In this document: in pieces, positions 6,522 to 15,946 of the stretch
How the letters are laid out: the number at the start of each line of letters is the position of its first letter
Position numbering within the stretch: the first letter of the stretch is position 1
Source: Escherichia phage JLBYU43
DNA length: 64,000 nt
Sequence record: NC_105512.1
Strand: one strand, 5' to 3'
The notes under the pieces: generated by a model
What the model saw: the letters and a program-made list of their open reading frames with translations, nothing else
Told to the model about the DNA's origin: nothing
Databases searched by the model: none
Program-made: the position numbers and the translations under genes

Positions 6522-6965
6522 TTAATTAAATTCGCCAGCAACCTGAGCAGCAATGCCACCGTCGTAACGACCAGGAAACTCTTCCTTAATCGCTTTCATC
6601 AGCATACCTTTTGTAATCCCAGGATTCAACTTAACTAATTCTGCAAAGTATTTGCGAATCTCAGAATCAGATAACTGAGGCGGCAGATACTGCTGTAACC
6701 ATTTGTTCAGTATATATTCATACTGAGCAGACTGCAAGCTATAATTATCAAGGTCTTGACCGTGAAGTTTAGCTTTCGTCTGATTAATGCTTTTCAGTTG
6801 AGCTTTTAGATAAGATACAAACTGTTCAGAAGTAATGAAGTCTTTATCAACACGCTGAAGATCTCCGATTATGGTCTGGTAGCTTTTAGCTACTTCTTTA
6901 TCAGAACCATTAAACTTGGATTCCTGCAAAGCCCTACGCAAAACATCTAGAATATTCTCTTCCAT
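6522..6965 (-). CDS. hypothetical protein (147 aa)
   Basis: ORF-track ORF, protein-like composition; no confident family assignment. Confidence 0.55.
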   Translation of the reverse strand: MEENILDVLRRALQESKFNGSDKEVAKSYQTIIGDLQRVDKDFITSEQFVSYLKAQLKSINQTKAKLHGQDLDNYSLQSAQYEYILNKWLQQYLPPQLSDSEIRKYFAELVKLNPGITKGMLMKAIKEEFPGRYDGGIAAQVAGEFN

Positions 6966-7135
6966 TATTTAATTCCCAGTGCTTGGTTAAAAGATTGTTC
7001 TGTCATAACTGCTGAGACTTTGGCGAAATCAAACTTCTTAGGATTTGTAGTAATTTCAGCAACGTTAGTAGTTTTAACTGTTTTCGTAGTACGAATACCG
7101 TGAGTGTTAACACCAATAATTACTAAGGTTTTCAT
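6965..7135 (-). CDS. hypothetical small protein (56 aa)
   Basis: Start moved to the internal ATG (MKTLVIIG...) preceded by GAGAGGAAAG RBS and the promoter at 7169-7197. Confidence 0.45.
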   Translation of the reverse strand: MKTLVIIGVNTHGIRTTKTVKTTNVAEITTNPKKFDFAKVSAVMTEQSFNQALGIK

Positions 7136-7168
7136 TGTTCGCTTTCCTCTCATCAATTTATACAGTTA

Positions 7169-7197
7169 TTATACAGAATTTTAAGGCTTAAAGCAAT
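7169..7197 (-). promoter_or_regulatory. sigma70-type promoter (TTGCTT-17-TATAAT)
   Basis: Reverse complement: TTGCTT, TAAGCCTTAAAATTCTG, TATAAT, then conserved leader ATAAATTGATGAGAGG. Confidence 0.6.
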
Positions 7198-7204
7198 TGA
7201 ATTT

Positions 7205-7651
7205 TTAAATTTTCTTAGTCACAGGCTTATAGAACGTGTGGCCTTGAATTTTAGTTGTTTTCTTGAACGTTTTCGTCCAGTACGGCTTTTCTTTACCACT
7301 ATGGAAGTATAACGCTCCATATGTTGGATCATGTGGTAAATCAACGTAGTATATCACTCTAGCTACATTCTTAGCAGTTTGCCAAGCCGCATCGGTTTTA
7401 TCAACTTTTGGTCTCTTAGATACCCAAGAGAACTGGTTAGACTGATATACTACTTTACAGTAAGAATCCGGGAATGTGCCAGAGTTAACACGGTTTTTAG
7501 TGACCTGTGCAACTGCAACCATTCCCTTCGTGCCCTCACCTCGGCTCTCAAAATAGACATTTTTTGCAATGCAATCAATCTGTTTAGCGTCGTAGGTAGC
7601 ATGACTCTGAAAGCTAAAGGTTAGGGCAGCCATTAGTAAGACTGCCTTCAT
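7205..7651 (-). CDS. secreted cell-wall hydrolase, SleB/CwlJ-like
   Basis: N-terminal signal peptide (MKAVLLMAALTFSFQSHA) then motifs typical of Hydrolase_2 family (NVYFESRGEG, AVAQVTKNRV). Confidence 0.55.
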   Translation of the reverse strand: MKAVLLMAALTFSFQSHATYDAKQIDCIAKNVYFESRGEGTKGMVAVAQVTKNRVNSGTFPDSYCKVVYQSNQFSWVSKRPKVDKTDAAWQTAKNVARVIYYVDLPHDPTYGALYFHSGKEKPYWTKTFKKTTKIQGHTFYKPVTKKI

Positions 7652-7663
7652 TCTTTTTACTCC

Positions 7664-8485
7664 TTAAAATAGATCATATTCTAATCTATTGGGATTTTCT
7701 CGGTATCCATAAGACGTAAGGGTTCCTCTCATGTACTCTGCGTCAACAGGATTAGATGTTACTAGAACCACTTTTAGTGGTCTTTGACCTAAAAATAGTA
7801 TATGATCTAATAAATCTTTTCCTTGTACCTCTGGATCCCCTAAATCTGAGTCCATAAATAAATAGGATCCTGTGAAACTAAACATATCTGATAGTTCCAG
7901 CGCACCTATAACTGTACGACAAATAATGGACATTTCAGGTAGATCTCTAACATCGTCTATTAGAATATTGGTCTGCTTCCCAATTTCTGCATTACATAAA
8001 CCATTTACTAGTTTTTCTCTTTCCCCTTTAGCTTGTTCGAAAGTGGTGAAGCCAGGAGATACGAAAAACTTTCCACCTAATGTAATGCTATACGCAAAAC
8101 CCTCGGAGAGGAGTTCTACACCTACGGTTTTATCAGTATTAATCCTATTTAACTTAAAATTTGTCTCTCTTAGATTAAGAATTCTGTTATCCCACGGTAT
8201 GGTATTTATATGGTCGATCATATCAGGTGGCTCTTCACCATAATGGAGCAACCACGCTATTCGGTGCCCATAAATAATTGTGGGTTTATTACCTAAGAGC
8301 AAGCTAACTCTGATGTACCCATTAGAGTTCTTACTACATATTTCTCTCCCAGCATATAGGGTGTGCCAAGTTTTATTCTTGTATTTATTAGGCTTATAAA
8401 ATAATTTACCTGTATAAGGATTATATTCTATAATTTCTCGAATATAATCTATATATGATAGTATTTGTTTTTGTAATTTACCCAT
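7664..8485 (-). CDS. HNH endonuclease with C-terminal domain of unknown function
   Basis: N-terminal HNH_3-like region (NGYIRVSL..HRIAWLLHYG..DHIN..DNR..NLR); the C-terminal 150 aa are unassigned. Confidence 0.65.
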   Translation of the reverse strand: MGKLQKQILSYIDYIREIIEYNPYTGKLFYKPNKYKNKTWHTLYAGREICSKNSNGYIRVSLLLGNKPTIIYGHRIAWLLHYGEEPPDMIDHINTIPWDNRILNLRETNFKLNRINTDKTVGVELLSEGFAYSITLGGKFFVSPGFTTFEQAKGEREKLVNGLCNAEIGKQTNILIDDVRDLPEMSIICRTVIGALELSDMFSFTGSYLFMDSDLGDPEVQGKDLLDHILFLGQRPLKVVLVTSNPVDAEYMRGTLTSYGYRENPNRLEYDLF

Positions 8486-8515
8486 AATAGCCTCGTCTCA
8501 TCAATTTAAAAATAT

Positions 8516-8544
8516 ATTATATAGAAAACTAAACTAATTAGCAA
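8516..8544 (-). promoter_or_regulatory. sigma70-type promoter (TTGCTA-17-TATAAT)
   Basis: Reverse complement: TTGCTA, 17 nt, TATAAT, leader AAATTGATGAGACGAGG, then ATG of CDS 7664-8485. Confidence 0.6.
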
Positions 8545-8936
8545 ATACATTTTTAAATTGAGAGACTAGTAAACCGATAAACAGCCTAGAGGCGCCACAG
8601 GCCATATCTTATGAGCCATGTACCTTTGATCTAGGGTTTGAATCATCAACGAATACTTTGCATCTTTTAGCTTTAGAAGGTTAGAAGTTTGAGTGCTTTT
8701 AACTTTTCAGCTTTCATACTTGAGCGTTGATCTTTGAAGTTGTGTTGGTACTACCAACGACGTCTTGTTTTATTTTGACAGATGCAACATCTGCCGAAAA
8801 ATAAATTAAGATAATCTCCAATAGATTATACTGTATCTAGTATGGTCAGCGGTCTTATTTAACCTCGTATTTCAACCGCTGCTGCGAGGTAAGATGCTTG
8901 GGCTTTCGTCTACCGATTTACTAGTCTTTTAAATTA

Positions 8937-9575
8937 TTACTCTACTTCGATAAAAGTAGAGGCGTTGGACTCAGACAGAACAAAGTCAACGTTGGTTGCA
9001 AAGTCCTGGTATTCTTCGTCGTGTTGCTTGATCAGCTTTTCCAGCTCCAGCGGATCGATCAGGAACGGAGTGTTCTTGAGTTCCAGCAGGTTAAGCTGCA
9101 TCTTAACTTCATCCTCGGAAGTCTTCTTGTCGCGGGTAGCCATGGTATCCTGCAAACGCTCATACTTAGCATCAAACTGAGCTTTCTGAGTGTTAAACTT
9201 AACAGTAGCAGCATGGAACTGCTTACGCATGTTAGCCAGCAACTGAGCTTTGAGTTCCATAGAACGCTTAGCTTCGATTGCTTCCGCAACAGTCATAGAG
9301 CGCGAACCGATCTCTACAACAGTTTCAGCATTGCTCTTGATCAGCGCAGCTTTCAGACGATCACGCTGGGACATCATATCCAGCAGAGACTGGAAATCAG
9401 TCTTAATACGGGTAGACAGATCGTCTACTTCGATTGCAGCGCCAACTACAACCTGGTTCTTGTCCTTACCTTCACCAACAGCGATCAAAAGCTGTTGTTC
9501 AGTAGCTTTACGGATTTTAGCTTCCAGAGACTTGATAGTTGCCAGAGCACGAGTTTTAGAGATACGAGTAGTCAT
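8937..9575 (-). CDS. hypothetical protein, host-like codon usage (212 aa)
   Basis: ORF-track ORF; codon choice (CTG, CGT, GGT) resembles highly expressed E. coli genes. Confidence 0.6.
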   Translation of the reverse strand: MTTRISKTRALATIKSLEAKIRKATEQQLLIAVGEGKDKNQVVVGAAIEVDDLSTRIKTDFQSLLDMMSQRDRLKAALIKSNAETVVEIGSRSMTVAEAIEAKRSMELKAQLLANMRKQFHAATVKFNTQKAQFDAKYERLQDTMATRDKKTSEDEVKMQLNLLELKNTPFLIDPLELEKLIKQHDEEYQDFATNVDFVLSESNASTFIEVE

Positions 9576-9628
9576 TATTTGCTTCCTTATATGAAGTTTG
9601 AGATTTGAATTTGTTTAAATTTGGTCTA

Positions 9629-9811
9629 TTACAGACCAATTGCCAGCAGAGTGCGCAGAACAGTATCGTTACTGTTATCAATTTTAGGATTAGCACGATT
9701 TAGCAGATCAAAGATTTTCTGGATACCTGATTGACGTTCAGCCATACGACGGATACCCAGATTACGAGTAGCTTTCTTACCATTTTTACGAACATTTTTA
9801 GATACTGGCAT
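9629..9811 (-). CDS. hypothetical small basic protein (60 aa)
   Basis: ORF-track ORF directly downstream of the promoter at 9852-9880 with AGGAAAACAAAT leader. Confidence 0.45.
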   Translation of the reverse strand: MPVSKNVRKNGKKATRNLGIRRMAERQSGIQKIFDLLNRANPKIDNSNDTVLRTLLAIGL

Positions 9812-9851
9812 ATTTGTTTTCCTTTTATTGTTTTCTCAAATTTATGAATAT

Positions 9852-9880
9852 ATTATACAGAATTTTGGAGCCGGAAGCAA
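9852..9880 (-). promoter_or_regulatory. sigma70-type promoter (TTGCTT-17-TATAAT)
   Basis: Reverse complement: TTGCTT, CCGGCTCCAAAATTCTG, TATAAT. Confidence 0.6.
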
Positions 9881-9881
9881 A

Positions 9882-10583
9882 TCAAATTTTCATTTTTTCG
9901 ATCATAGCTGCAACACAATAGCTCTCAACTAGGGCATCGAATGCTGGGTCGTGCTTAACCGGATAGATCCCATAACGAATGGTGTCCATCTTCTCCATTT
10001 TAGCTATTGCCCAGCTAATACCTTCGGTTTCTAGAGCTTTATAACTATAGCCAGTTTGCATCCAGAGATTACGAAGAGATCTAACATTACCCAAGTTCCA
10101 GAATTTCCACGGAACTATTTCTTCATTGGTTCCAGCATGGAAAGTGTTTGCAGAGTAGATAGTCATATCAAACTCTGGGCCATTGCCATAATACAAAGCA
10201 TTTTCGCCTAGAGCCAACTCCATAATATTTTGAGCCATAGAGAAGGCAGCATGGTTAGAGCCAAGTTTATTAGTGCAATGATGTTTACCATTTTGGAAGG
10301 CAACCAGTTTTGGATTAGGCTCATTCATAGCTTCCATAATGTGGATAGCAGACGGGCTATGTTTAGCCTGATCCATCCAGAATGCTAGAGTAGATGCTGT
10401 AACTTTGGCACCAGAATTAAGTTGATCTTGTACATCTAAAGTAACAAATACTAGATCAGGGTCTTTATCAATTCCATGCATAGCCACAAAAGCGAATGAA
10501 GGCATTGCGATATGGGTAGTACCACAATCTCCTGGAGTTCCTAGAGATTCAATATCTAGCATACCAAATGGTTTTACTTTCAT
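9882..10583 (-). CDS. DEDD-family 3'-5' exonuclease (DnaQ/RNase T-like)
   Basis: Exo I-like motif MLDIESLG near the N-terminus and Exo III-like H..AFDA near the C-terminus. Confidence 0.55.
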   Translation of the reverse strand: MKVKPFGMLDIESLGTPGDCGTTHIAMPSFAFVAMHGIDKDPDLVFVTLDVQDQLNSGAKVTASTLAFWMDQAKHSPSAIHIMEAMNEPNPKLVAFQNGKHHCTNKLGSNHAAFSMAQNIMELALGENALYYGNGPEFDMTIYSANTFHAGTNEEIVPWKFWNLGNVRSLRNLWMQTGYSYKALETEGISWAIAKMEKMDTIRYGIYPVKHDPAFDALVESYCVAAMIEKMKI

Positions 10584-10611
10584 AACTTATCCTTTATTGT
10601 GTAGAAAACTA

Positions 10612-10833
10612 TTAAAGAGCTGTCTCTTTAATAGACTCCCACTTCTTGGGGTCTTTAAAACCAGGAAGCATATCCTCACTGACATCCCAGTTCTCTTCCA
10701 TATAGAGATCATCTAAGTCTAGCTCATCCACTGCTAAATCCATTATCTCATGACTAGAAAGTCGTGTATAATCTCTAGCGGACTTATGAGTGCTAGCACG
10801 GTTAAAATCATTCTTTGCTACAAAATTACGCAT
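10612..10833 (-). CDS. hypothetical protein (73 aa)
   Basis: ORF-track ORF; acidic C-terminal half. Confidence 0.4.
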   Translation of the reverse strand: MRNFVAKNDFNRASTHKSARDYTRLSSHEIMDLAVDELDLDDLYMEENWDVSEDMLPGFKDPKKWESIKETAL

Positions 10834-10874
10834 AGTTTCTCCGATTAAGAGGGGCTTTCGCCCCTATTTATCTA

Positions 10875-11390
10875 TTACTTCGCTTTACGCTTGCGAGCTG
10901 GTTTAGCAGATTTACGAGCAGAATCACCCGTGAACTTAATGCCTACACCGTAACACAGAGCACGAACGTTATCTTTACTATACTCTACGCCAAAGATATT
11001 TGGCTTAACAGAACCAAACTGCCCGCGAGTATCACGCAATACATCTGCCGTTGGTTTACGCTTCTGGTTAACTGCCTTCTCATAGTCTTTCATAGACATA
11101 CCATTACGAGAGAACAATTCAGCCCCAGCGTTGAAGCTCAGGGAAACTGGGACAGATTTGTGGCCGTAATTTTCTACATACATAACCATTTTGTAGGATT
11201 TACGGGTGGCATTTTTAGCTTTAGGCTTCTGACGAATCGGAGCCGGATTATTCAGTGCTTGCGCAGCCTGAGCATCGGTGGGATGCTTACGCAGGTGGCG
11301 TTCCAGACGAGCCTTGCGATTAGCCTCAGTCTTCGGGAAAGTTTTAACTGCCGGAGCTGCTTGAGTTTTTGCGTTTTTCTGCTTAGCCAT
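10875..11390 (-). CDS. hypothetical lysine/arginine-rich protein (171 aa)
   Basis: ORF-track ORF with strongly basic termini; nucleic-acid binding is a guess. Confidence 0.55.
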   Translation of the reverse strand: MAKQKNAKTQAAPAVKTFPKTEANRKARLERHLRKHPTDAQAAQALNNPAPIRQKPKAKNATRKSYKMVMYVENYGHKSVPVSLSFNAGAELFSRNGMSMKDYEKAVNQKRKPTADVLRDTRGQFGSVKPNIFGVEYSKDNVRALCYGVGIKFTGDSARKSAKPARKRKAK

Positions 11391-11428
11391 TATTTGTTTT
11401 CCTTTTTGTTTATCAATTTATGAAGTAT

Positions 11429-11457
11429 ATTATACGAGAATTTGAAGCGTTTAGCAA
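11429..11457 (-). promoter_or_regulatory. sigma70-type promoter (TTGCTA-17-TATAAT)
   Basis: Reverse complement: TTGCTA, AACGCTTCAAATTCTCG, TATAAT. Confidence 0.6.
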
Positions 11458-11473
11458 ATGAATTTTTTAAAAA

Positions 11474-11752
11474 TTATCTACCAACCATCTTAGCTTGTTC
11501 GGCATCTGAGACATATTGATACGCCCCTTTATTATACGCCGGAGCAGTACACATTTTCTTACGCTCAATCTCTTCCTGAGCTTTTCTTTCACGTTCAGCT
11601 AATTCTTCATCCAGATAAACTAAACGTTGCTCTGGAGGAGGTGGAAGACGTGTTTCTGGCTCACCAATATTAGCCTTTCTTATTTGACGAGGTGATTGTG
11701 CACGTTTTCTCAATGGTTTAAATCCTAATGAATTTGAGTTATAAATTCGCAT
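11474..11752 (-). CDS. hypothetical protein (92 aa)
   Basis: ORF-track ORF with GAGGAGGG RBS before the ATG, downstream of the promoter at 11780-11808. Confidence 0.45.
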   Translation of the reverse strand: MRIYNSNSLGFKPLRKRAQSPRQIRKANIGEPETRLPPPPEQRLVYLDEELAERERKAQEEIERKKMCTAPAYNKGAYQYVSDAEQAKMVGR

Positions 11753-11779
11753 AAAGCCCTCCTCACTTTCAATACGAAT

Positions 11780-11808
11780 ATTATACTAAATTAGAGGGCT
11801 TTAAGCAA
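11780..11808 (-). promoter_or_regulatory. sigma70-type promoter (TTGCTT-17-TATAAT)
   Basis: Reverse complement: TTGCTT, AAAGCCCTCTAATTTAG, TATAAT. Confidence 0.6.
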
Positions 11809-11828
11809 GAAAATTTTTAATTTATTTA

Positions 11829-12305
11829 TCACATCTCAGCCATTTCAGCTTCAGTAATAACTGTGTTGCACAATGCATCTACAGCTTCATTACCACTAAT
11901 ACCAGAATGCCCTTTAACCTTAATAAAGGTAGGATTAGTATTATGAAAGTTGATATACTGCTGTGTTAATTTAAATGCTTCCTGCCAAAGTTCTAGATTA
12001 AGAGGAACTTCACCATCTGCTTTCTTCCAGCCTTTCCTTTGCCAAGAAAACATCCAACTTTCCATACCATTTTTGCAATAAGCAGAATCAGTATAGATAG
12101 CAATTGGTCTATTATCTTTTTTAACAGACCAACGTAGAGCTTCTACAATAGCTGTGAGTTCCATCTCATTATTTGTAGTTTTAGGATTATAACCAGATTT
12201 AGAACCTAAACGATCGTCGTTATCATCATAGACAATAAAACCCCAAGCACCTGGACCTGGGTTAGACTTACAAGCACCATCTGTGTAAATGTGGAAAACG
12301 CTCAC
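11829..12305 (-). CDS. rnhA: ribonuclease H (RNase HI)
   Basis: Protein begins ...IYTDGAC..NPGPGAWG and continues with ...AIYTDS.Y and ...KVKGHSG...NE.VD, the conserved RNase HI catalytic motifs. Confidence 0.8.
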   Translation of the reverse strand: MSVFHIYTDGACKSNPGPGAWGFIVYDDNDDRLGSKSGYNPKTTNNEMELTAIVEALRWSVKKDNRPIAIYTDSAYCKNGMESWMFSWQRKGWKKADGEVPLNLELWQEAFKLTQQYINFHNTNPTFIKVKGHSGISGNEAVDALCNTVITEAEMAEM

Positions 12306-12850
12306 TTATTAAGTTCCTCTATTGGTGGGTAATAGTTGGTATAGAAATCTTCTATAACTGCTTCGCTACCATGAAGTGTTTTTCTTAGTTCATTAGCCTT
12401 TATGACCGCACTTTCTAGGTCTAAGTAGTCAAAAACACACCCGTAAATATTTTTACCATTATTATCAATCACCTGTACTTGCCATTTCTGTAGTTGTTTG
12501 TTCCAGTGTACGCCTAGATATCCAGATTTACTCGATGCGGTACAATTTCTGTTATTAGACTGGCTTGTAGCTTCTCTTAGATTTATCCACCTATTATCTG
12601 ACCTAATTCTATTTTTGTGGTCTATTAAATCAGGTATTGATCCTGTCATGTATAGAAAGGCTAACCTATGAGCTAAATAATCTATTTTATCTATCTTAAT
12701 AGTTATATAGCCATCTTTTCTTAGGTATCCAGCGGGCGAACCTGCTTTTCCTCCCCTACCACGACTTATCTTATTAGTAAATATACCGGTATCTGGGTCA
12801 TAGATTAGTATTTCTTTTAATCTTTCTTGGCTAGGTAACTTTTTACTCAT
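12302..12850 (-). CDS. HNH homing endonuclease
   Basis: HNH motifs (HRLAFLYM..IDHKNRIRSDNRWINLR); C-terminal half closely resembles CDS 36521-37054; start and stop overlap both neighbours. Confidence 0.7.
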   Translation of the reverse strand: MSKKLPSQERLKEILIYDPDTGIFTNKISRGRGGKAGSPAGYLRKDGYITIKIDKIDYLAHRLAFLYMTGSIPDLIDHKNRIRSDNRWINLREATSQSNNRNCTASSKSGYLGVHWNKQLQKWQVQVIDNNGKNIYGCVFDYLDLESAVIKANELRKTLHGSEAVIEDFYTNYYPPIEELNK

Positions 12851-13226
12851 CTAACCATCCTATGTCTATACTAAGTAATGCTTTTATTCCTGTAATACCT
12901 GTACCATAAGTATTATATCGAATAGCACTTCTGCTCTTTACTTCAAGTATATTTTCATACTCTGTATTTTCTAGAATTTCTGTAGATATACCTAAATATC
13001 CTAATTGATCTTCCTCGTCCCAACCCATATCTTCTAGAAGATTTAGACGTAACTCTACCTTCTCATCTCCATTGCCTACAGAGTGGTAGTCTTCTAAAGT
13101 CCTGAATTTAGAAGTGATAGAGTCTAGTATTAATAATACCTGTTCCTTAGTAATAGTTTCTTTATCACTCTGCAAGTAATTGGAGTAATTCAGAAGGGCT
13201 TGTTCTAATTCAATTTCTTTACTCAT
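12843..13226 (-). CDS. hypothetical acidic protein (127 aa)
   Basis: ORF-track ORF downstream of the promoter at 13256-13285. Confidence 0.5.
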   Translation of the reverse strand: MSKEIELEQALLNYSNYLQSDKETITKEQVLLILDSITSKFRTLEDYHSVGNGDEKVELRLNLLEDMGWDEEDQLGYLGISTEILENTEYENILEVKSRSAIRYNTYGTGITGIKALLSIDIGWLDE

Positions 13227-13255
13227 TTTATTATCCTTTTGTACTTATTGAGTAT

Positions 13256-13285
13256 ATTATATTTGAAATTGTACTTAATAAGCAA
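13256..13285 (-). promoter_or_regulatory. sigma70-type promoter (TTGCTT-17-TATAAT)
   Basis: Reverse complement: TTGCTT, ATTAAGTACAATTTCAA, TATAAT. Confidence 0.55.
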
Positions 13286-13303
13286 ATACAATTTCAAATA
13301 TAA

Positions 13304-13319
13304 TAGTCCCGAAGGACTA
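13304..13319 (-). terminator. intrinsic terminator (tetraloop hairpin)
   Basis: TAGTCC/GGACTA stem with TTCG loop on the minus strand, followed by TTATATTTG; just 3' of thyA. Confidence 0.6.
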
Positions 13320-13325
13320 TTTAAG

Positions 13326-14165
13326 TTAAGAAGACATTTTAGCTTTAAGAGCTGGATGCGGATCATATCCTTCCAGCTTGAAAGACCAAGCCGCAGTATT
13401 ATTCTCTAATAAATCATAGAGATCTACAAATTCTGGCATTACTAGAGTTGGCAAGGGACGTGGTTTACGTTTCAATTGCTCCTCTACTTGCTCTATATGA
13501 TCACTGTAAATATGTGTATCTCCACCACTAAAGATGAGATAACGGGGTTTTAATCCAGTCAGTTTTGCCAGGATATGTGTTAATAAAGCATAACTAGCAA
13601 TATTGAAAGGTAGGCCTAGAAAACAGTCTACAGAACGTTGTGTCCATTTAAGATCTAAGTATCCATCATTACTTACGTAACATTGGAAACCATAGTGACA
13701 TGGTGGTAATGCCATCTTATCCAGTTCAGCTACATTCCATGCAGATACTAGGTGTCTACGACCATGTGGATTATTCTTGAGACCCTCAATGAGTTCTAGA
13801 ATCTGATCTCGTCCACCAAAGTTACGCCATTGTTTGCCATATACTGGCCCTAGATTACCCTTGTCATATCCCATACTTATGGCTTGGTCTTCATAATTTG
13901 GAGTCCAGATGGTCCACTGTCCTTCGTCACGCCCAAATGTGAATACTCGTAGATCATGGAGATTTGTAGATCCAGATAAAAACCATAAGAGTTCTCCAAC
14001 TACCGATTTCCAAGCTAGACGTTTAGTAGTTACAGCTGGGAATCCCTCACGTAAATCGAACTTAGCATAGGAATCAAAAATTGAAACTGTGCCTGTTCCT
14101 GTACGATCGTTACGTGGTTCACCTAGTAGAATTACATCTGTTAGAATTTTTAAATATTGTTGCAT
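13326..14165 (-). CDS. thyA: thymidylate synthase
   Basis: Full-length ThyA with conserved motifs (LAWKSVVGELLWFLSG, RSVDCFLGLPFNIASYALL). Confidence 0.9.
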   Translation of the reverse strand: MQQYLKILTDVILLGEPRNDRTGTGTVSIFDSYAKFDLREGFPAVTTKRLAWKSVVGELLWFLSGSTNLHDLRVFTFGRDEGQWTIWTPNYEDQAISMGYDKGNLGPVYGKQWRNFGGRDQILELIEGLKNNPHGRRHLVSAWNVAELDKMALPPCHYGFQCYVSNDGYLDLKWTQRSVDCFLGLPFNIASYALLTHILAKLTGLKPRYLIFSGGDTHIYSDHIEQVEEQLKRKPRPLPTLVMPEFVDLYDLLENNTAAWSFKLEGYDPHPALKAKMSS

Positions 14166-14698
14166 TAATAAGTAACCAATTCCTGTACAAATCGCAGGCT
14201 GTTATCACTGTTTGCGCCAGTTGCGTAAACTAAACGAGTAGATTCATAGTTGTAATCTAGAATCATATTATCCAGATGTACATCTGCATCTAGTTTTTGA
14301 TTACTAAAGATTGTTGATACAAAAGCACTTTCAATATGTCCATGAATATACATTTCGTATAGTAATGTTGCGCCACCTAAAACCACTGTCTGTTGATCTT
14401 TTAAGAATGTAGGTAATGTATCCCCAATCTTAGAAATTGGAGTGTAAATACCATGTTTAATATCATCAGGCAGAGGACGATCCGCACGAATAAAGAGGTC
14501 AGATTCTCCAATCATACGTTGCCGAACAACTTCTGGAAGTGCTAAATAAGTACCCACACCAATGATGATGTTATCTGGGTTCAACACGTCCAGTTGAGAG
14601 TAGAAAGCATCTAGTTCTTCTTTGAAGGAACCCCAGGGGAGTTTACCTCGGAGGCCGAACTCCCCATTCGGCCCAACTGCATATAATGCCGTTATCAT
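14165..14698 (-). CDS. folA: dihydrofolate reductase
   Basis: MITALYAVGPNGEFGLRGKLPW and GGATLL motifs; start set at the ATG overlapping the nrdB stop (ATGA). The ORF-track N-terminal extension is judged spurious. Confidence 0.85.
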   Translation of the reverse strand: MITALYAVGPNGEFGLRGKLPWGSFKEELDAFYSQLDVLNPDNIIIGVGTYLALPEVVRQRMIGESDLFIRADRPLPDDIKHGIYTPISKIGDTLPTFLKDQQTVVLGGATLLYEMYIHGHIESAFVSTIFSNQKLDADVHLDNMILDYNYESTRLVYATGANSDNSLRFVQELVTY

Positions 14699-15840
14699 AA
14701 GAAATCTCCAAATTCGTTGCCAAGATCTTTCAGAGTATCCATAGATGTTTCTGTGACTTGACCTACACGATATGCTGCGCCAATCTGAATCTCTTGCGGA
14801 GCAGGTTGTAAAGATGTAGTATCCAACCAGTTCATGATCCACGGAATAGGGTTTTTGGTGATTACTGGTAAATGACTAGGCCATTCTACACCAATGTGCA
14901 TAAACGCATTACGCCCCACAAAATATAGGTACTCTTCTAGAAGTTCTGCATTCAAGCCAATCAGACTACGACCTTTGAAAATGAAATGACCCCATTCAAT
15001 TTCAGTTTTCAGAGTTTTCAGGAGCTGTGCTGGTGCTTTAGCCACTGCTTCATCCACCAGATCTTTGTCAAACTGCTGGAACATAATCTGGATGATTGCT
15101 TTGGACATCTGAGTATGCAGAGCTTCATCTTTAGCGATTAATTGCAGATTTTTAGCAATACCCTGCAGAATATCATTCTCTGCTAATGCAAAGGTACATG
15201 CAAAGGATGCGTAAAACTGCATTGCTTCCAGACCGTAGATCGCAAAGTAAGCGTCTAATAGCTTAGCCTGAGTTTCACGTTTAACTTCAGGGAACTCAGT
15301 TTCTGGATATGTATTGTCGCCACGATGATCGCGTACTGCGATGAAATACTGACCTAACTGGTACAGTTCATCGAATAGTTCAACAGAATCAGCGATGCGT
15401 GCGAATGCTTCTTGGTTTTTGGTTACAGAATCAATAAATTCTGCTGGATCAGTTAGCACATTACGAATAATATTGCTATAAGCACGACTATGCAGATCTT
15501 CGAAGTAGCTCCACTGTTTGAGCATACCTTCTAGTTCTGGACGACTTACAAGCGGCATAATAGCTGCTTCAGGAGCACGACTGATAAAAGAATCTGTTTG
15601 AGTCTGCCATGCTAAGTTCAGGAGTGTAATTTCCTGAATTTCACGTGGGAGATTAGGCCATTGTTTCTTATCTGCTTCCAGACTGATTTCAGTTTCAGTC
15701 CAAAATTGAGAGCGTTGCAAAAGTGCCAGACGTTCTAGTTCTGGGTGTGCTACACGTACATAATCTGCGATACCGAGAGAATCGCCCAGGAAAAGGTCAG
15801 CGTTAGTATGGTCCCAATTCAGGTTTAGTAAAGTAGTCAT
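14695..15840 (-). CDS. nrdB: ribonucleotide reductase class Ia beta subunit
   Basis: 381-aa NrdB-like protein with the ferritin-like diiron ligand pattern (E...H and ...EALH) and a C-terminal tail. Confidence 0.9.
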   Translation of the reverse strand: MTTLLNLNWDHTNADLFLGDSLGIADYVRVAHPELERLALLQRSQFWTETEISLEADKKQWPNLPREIQEITLLNLAWQTQTDSFISRAPEAAIMPLVSRPELEGMLKQWSYFEDLHSRAYSNIIRNVLTDPAEFIDSVTKNQEAFARIADSVELFDELYQLGQYFIAVRDHRGDNTYPETEFPEVKRETQAKLLDAYFAIYGLEAMQFYASFACTFALAENDILQGIAKNLQLIAKDEALHTQMSKAIIQIMFQQFDKDLVDEAVAKAPAQLLKTLKTEIEWGHFIFKGRSLIGLNAELLEEYLYFVGRNAFMHIGVEWPSHLPVITKNPIPWIMNWLDTTSLQPAPQEIQIGAAYRVGQVTETSMDTLKDLGNEFGDFL

Positions 15841-15871
15841 TGATTTTCCTCTTTCTCACTATTTCAGGAAT

Positions 15872-15900
15872 ATTATAGCAAATCTGGTAGCGATTAGCAA
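15872..15900 (-). promoter_or_regulatory. sigma70-type promoter (TTGCTA-17-TATAAT)
   Basis: Reverse complement: TTGCTA, ATCGCTACCAGATTTGC, TATAAT; precedes nrdB. Confidence 0.6.
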
Positions 15901-15946
15901 GTAAAATTTCAAAGAAAAAGGAGACCCGAAGATCTCCTTGTTTTTA

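Noticed and set aside
14699-14842. N-terminal 48-codon extension of the DHFR ORF in the ORF track
   Set aside because: It overlaps the nrdB coding region; the conserved DHFR N-terminus begins at the ATG forming the ATGA overlap.
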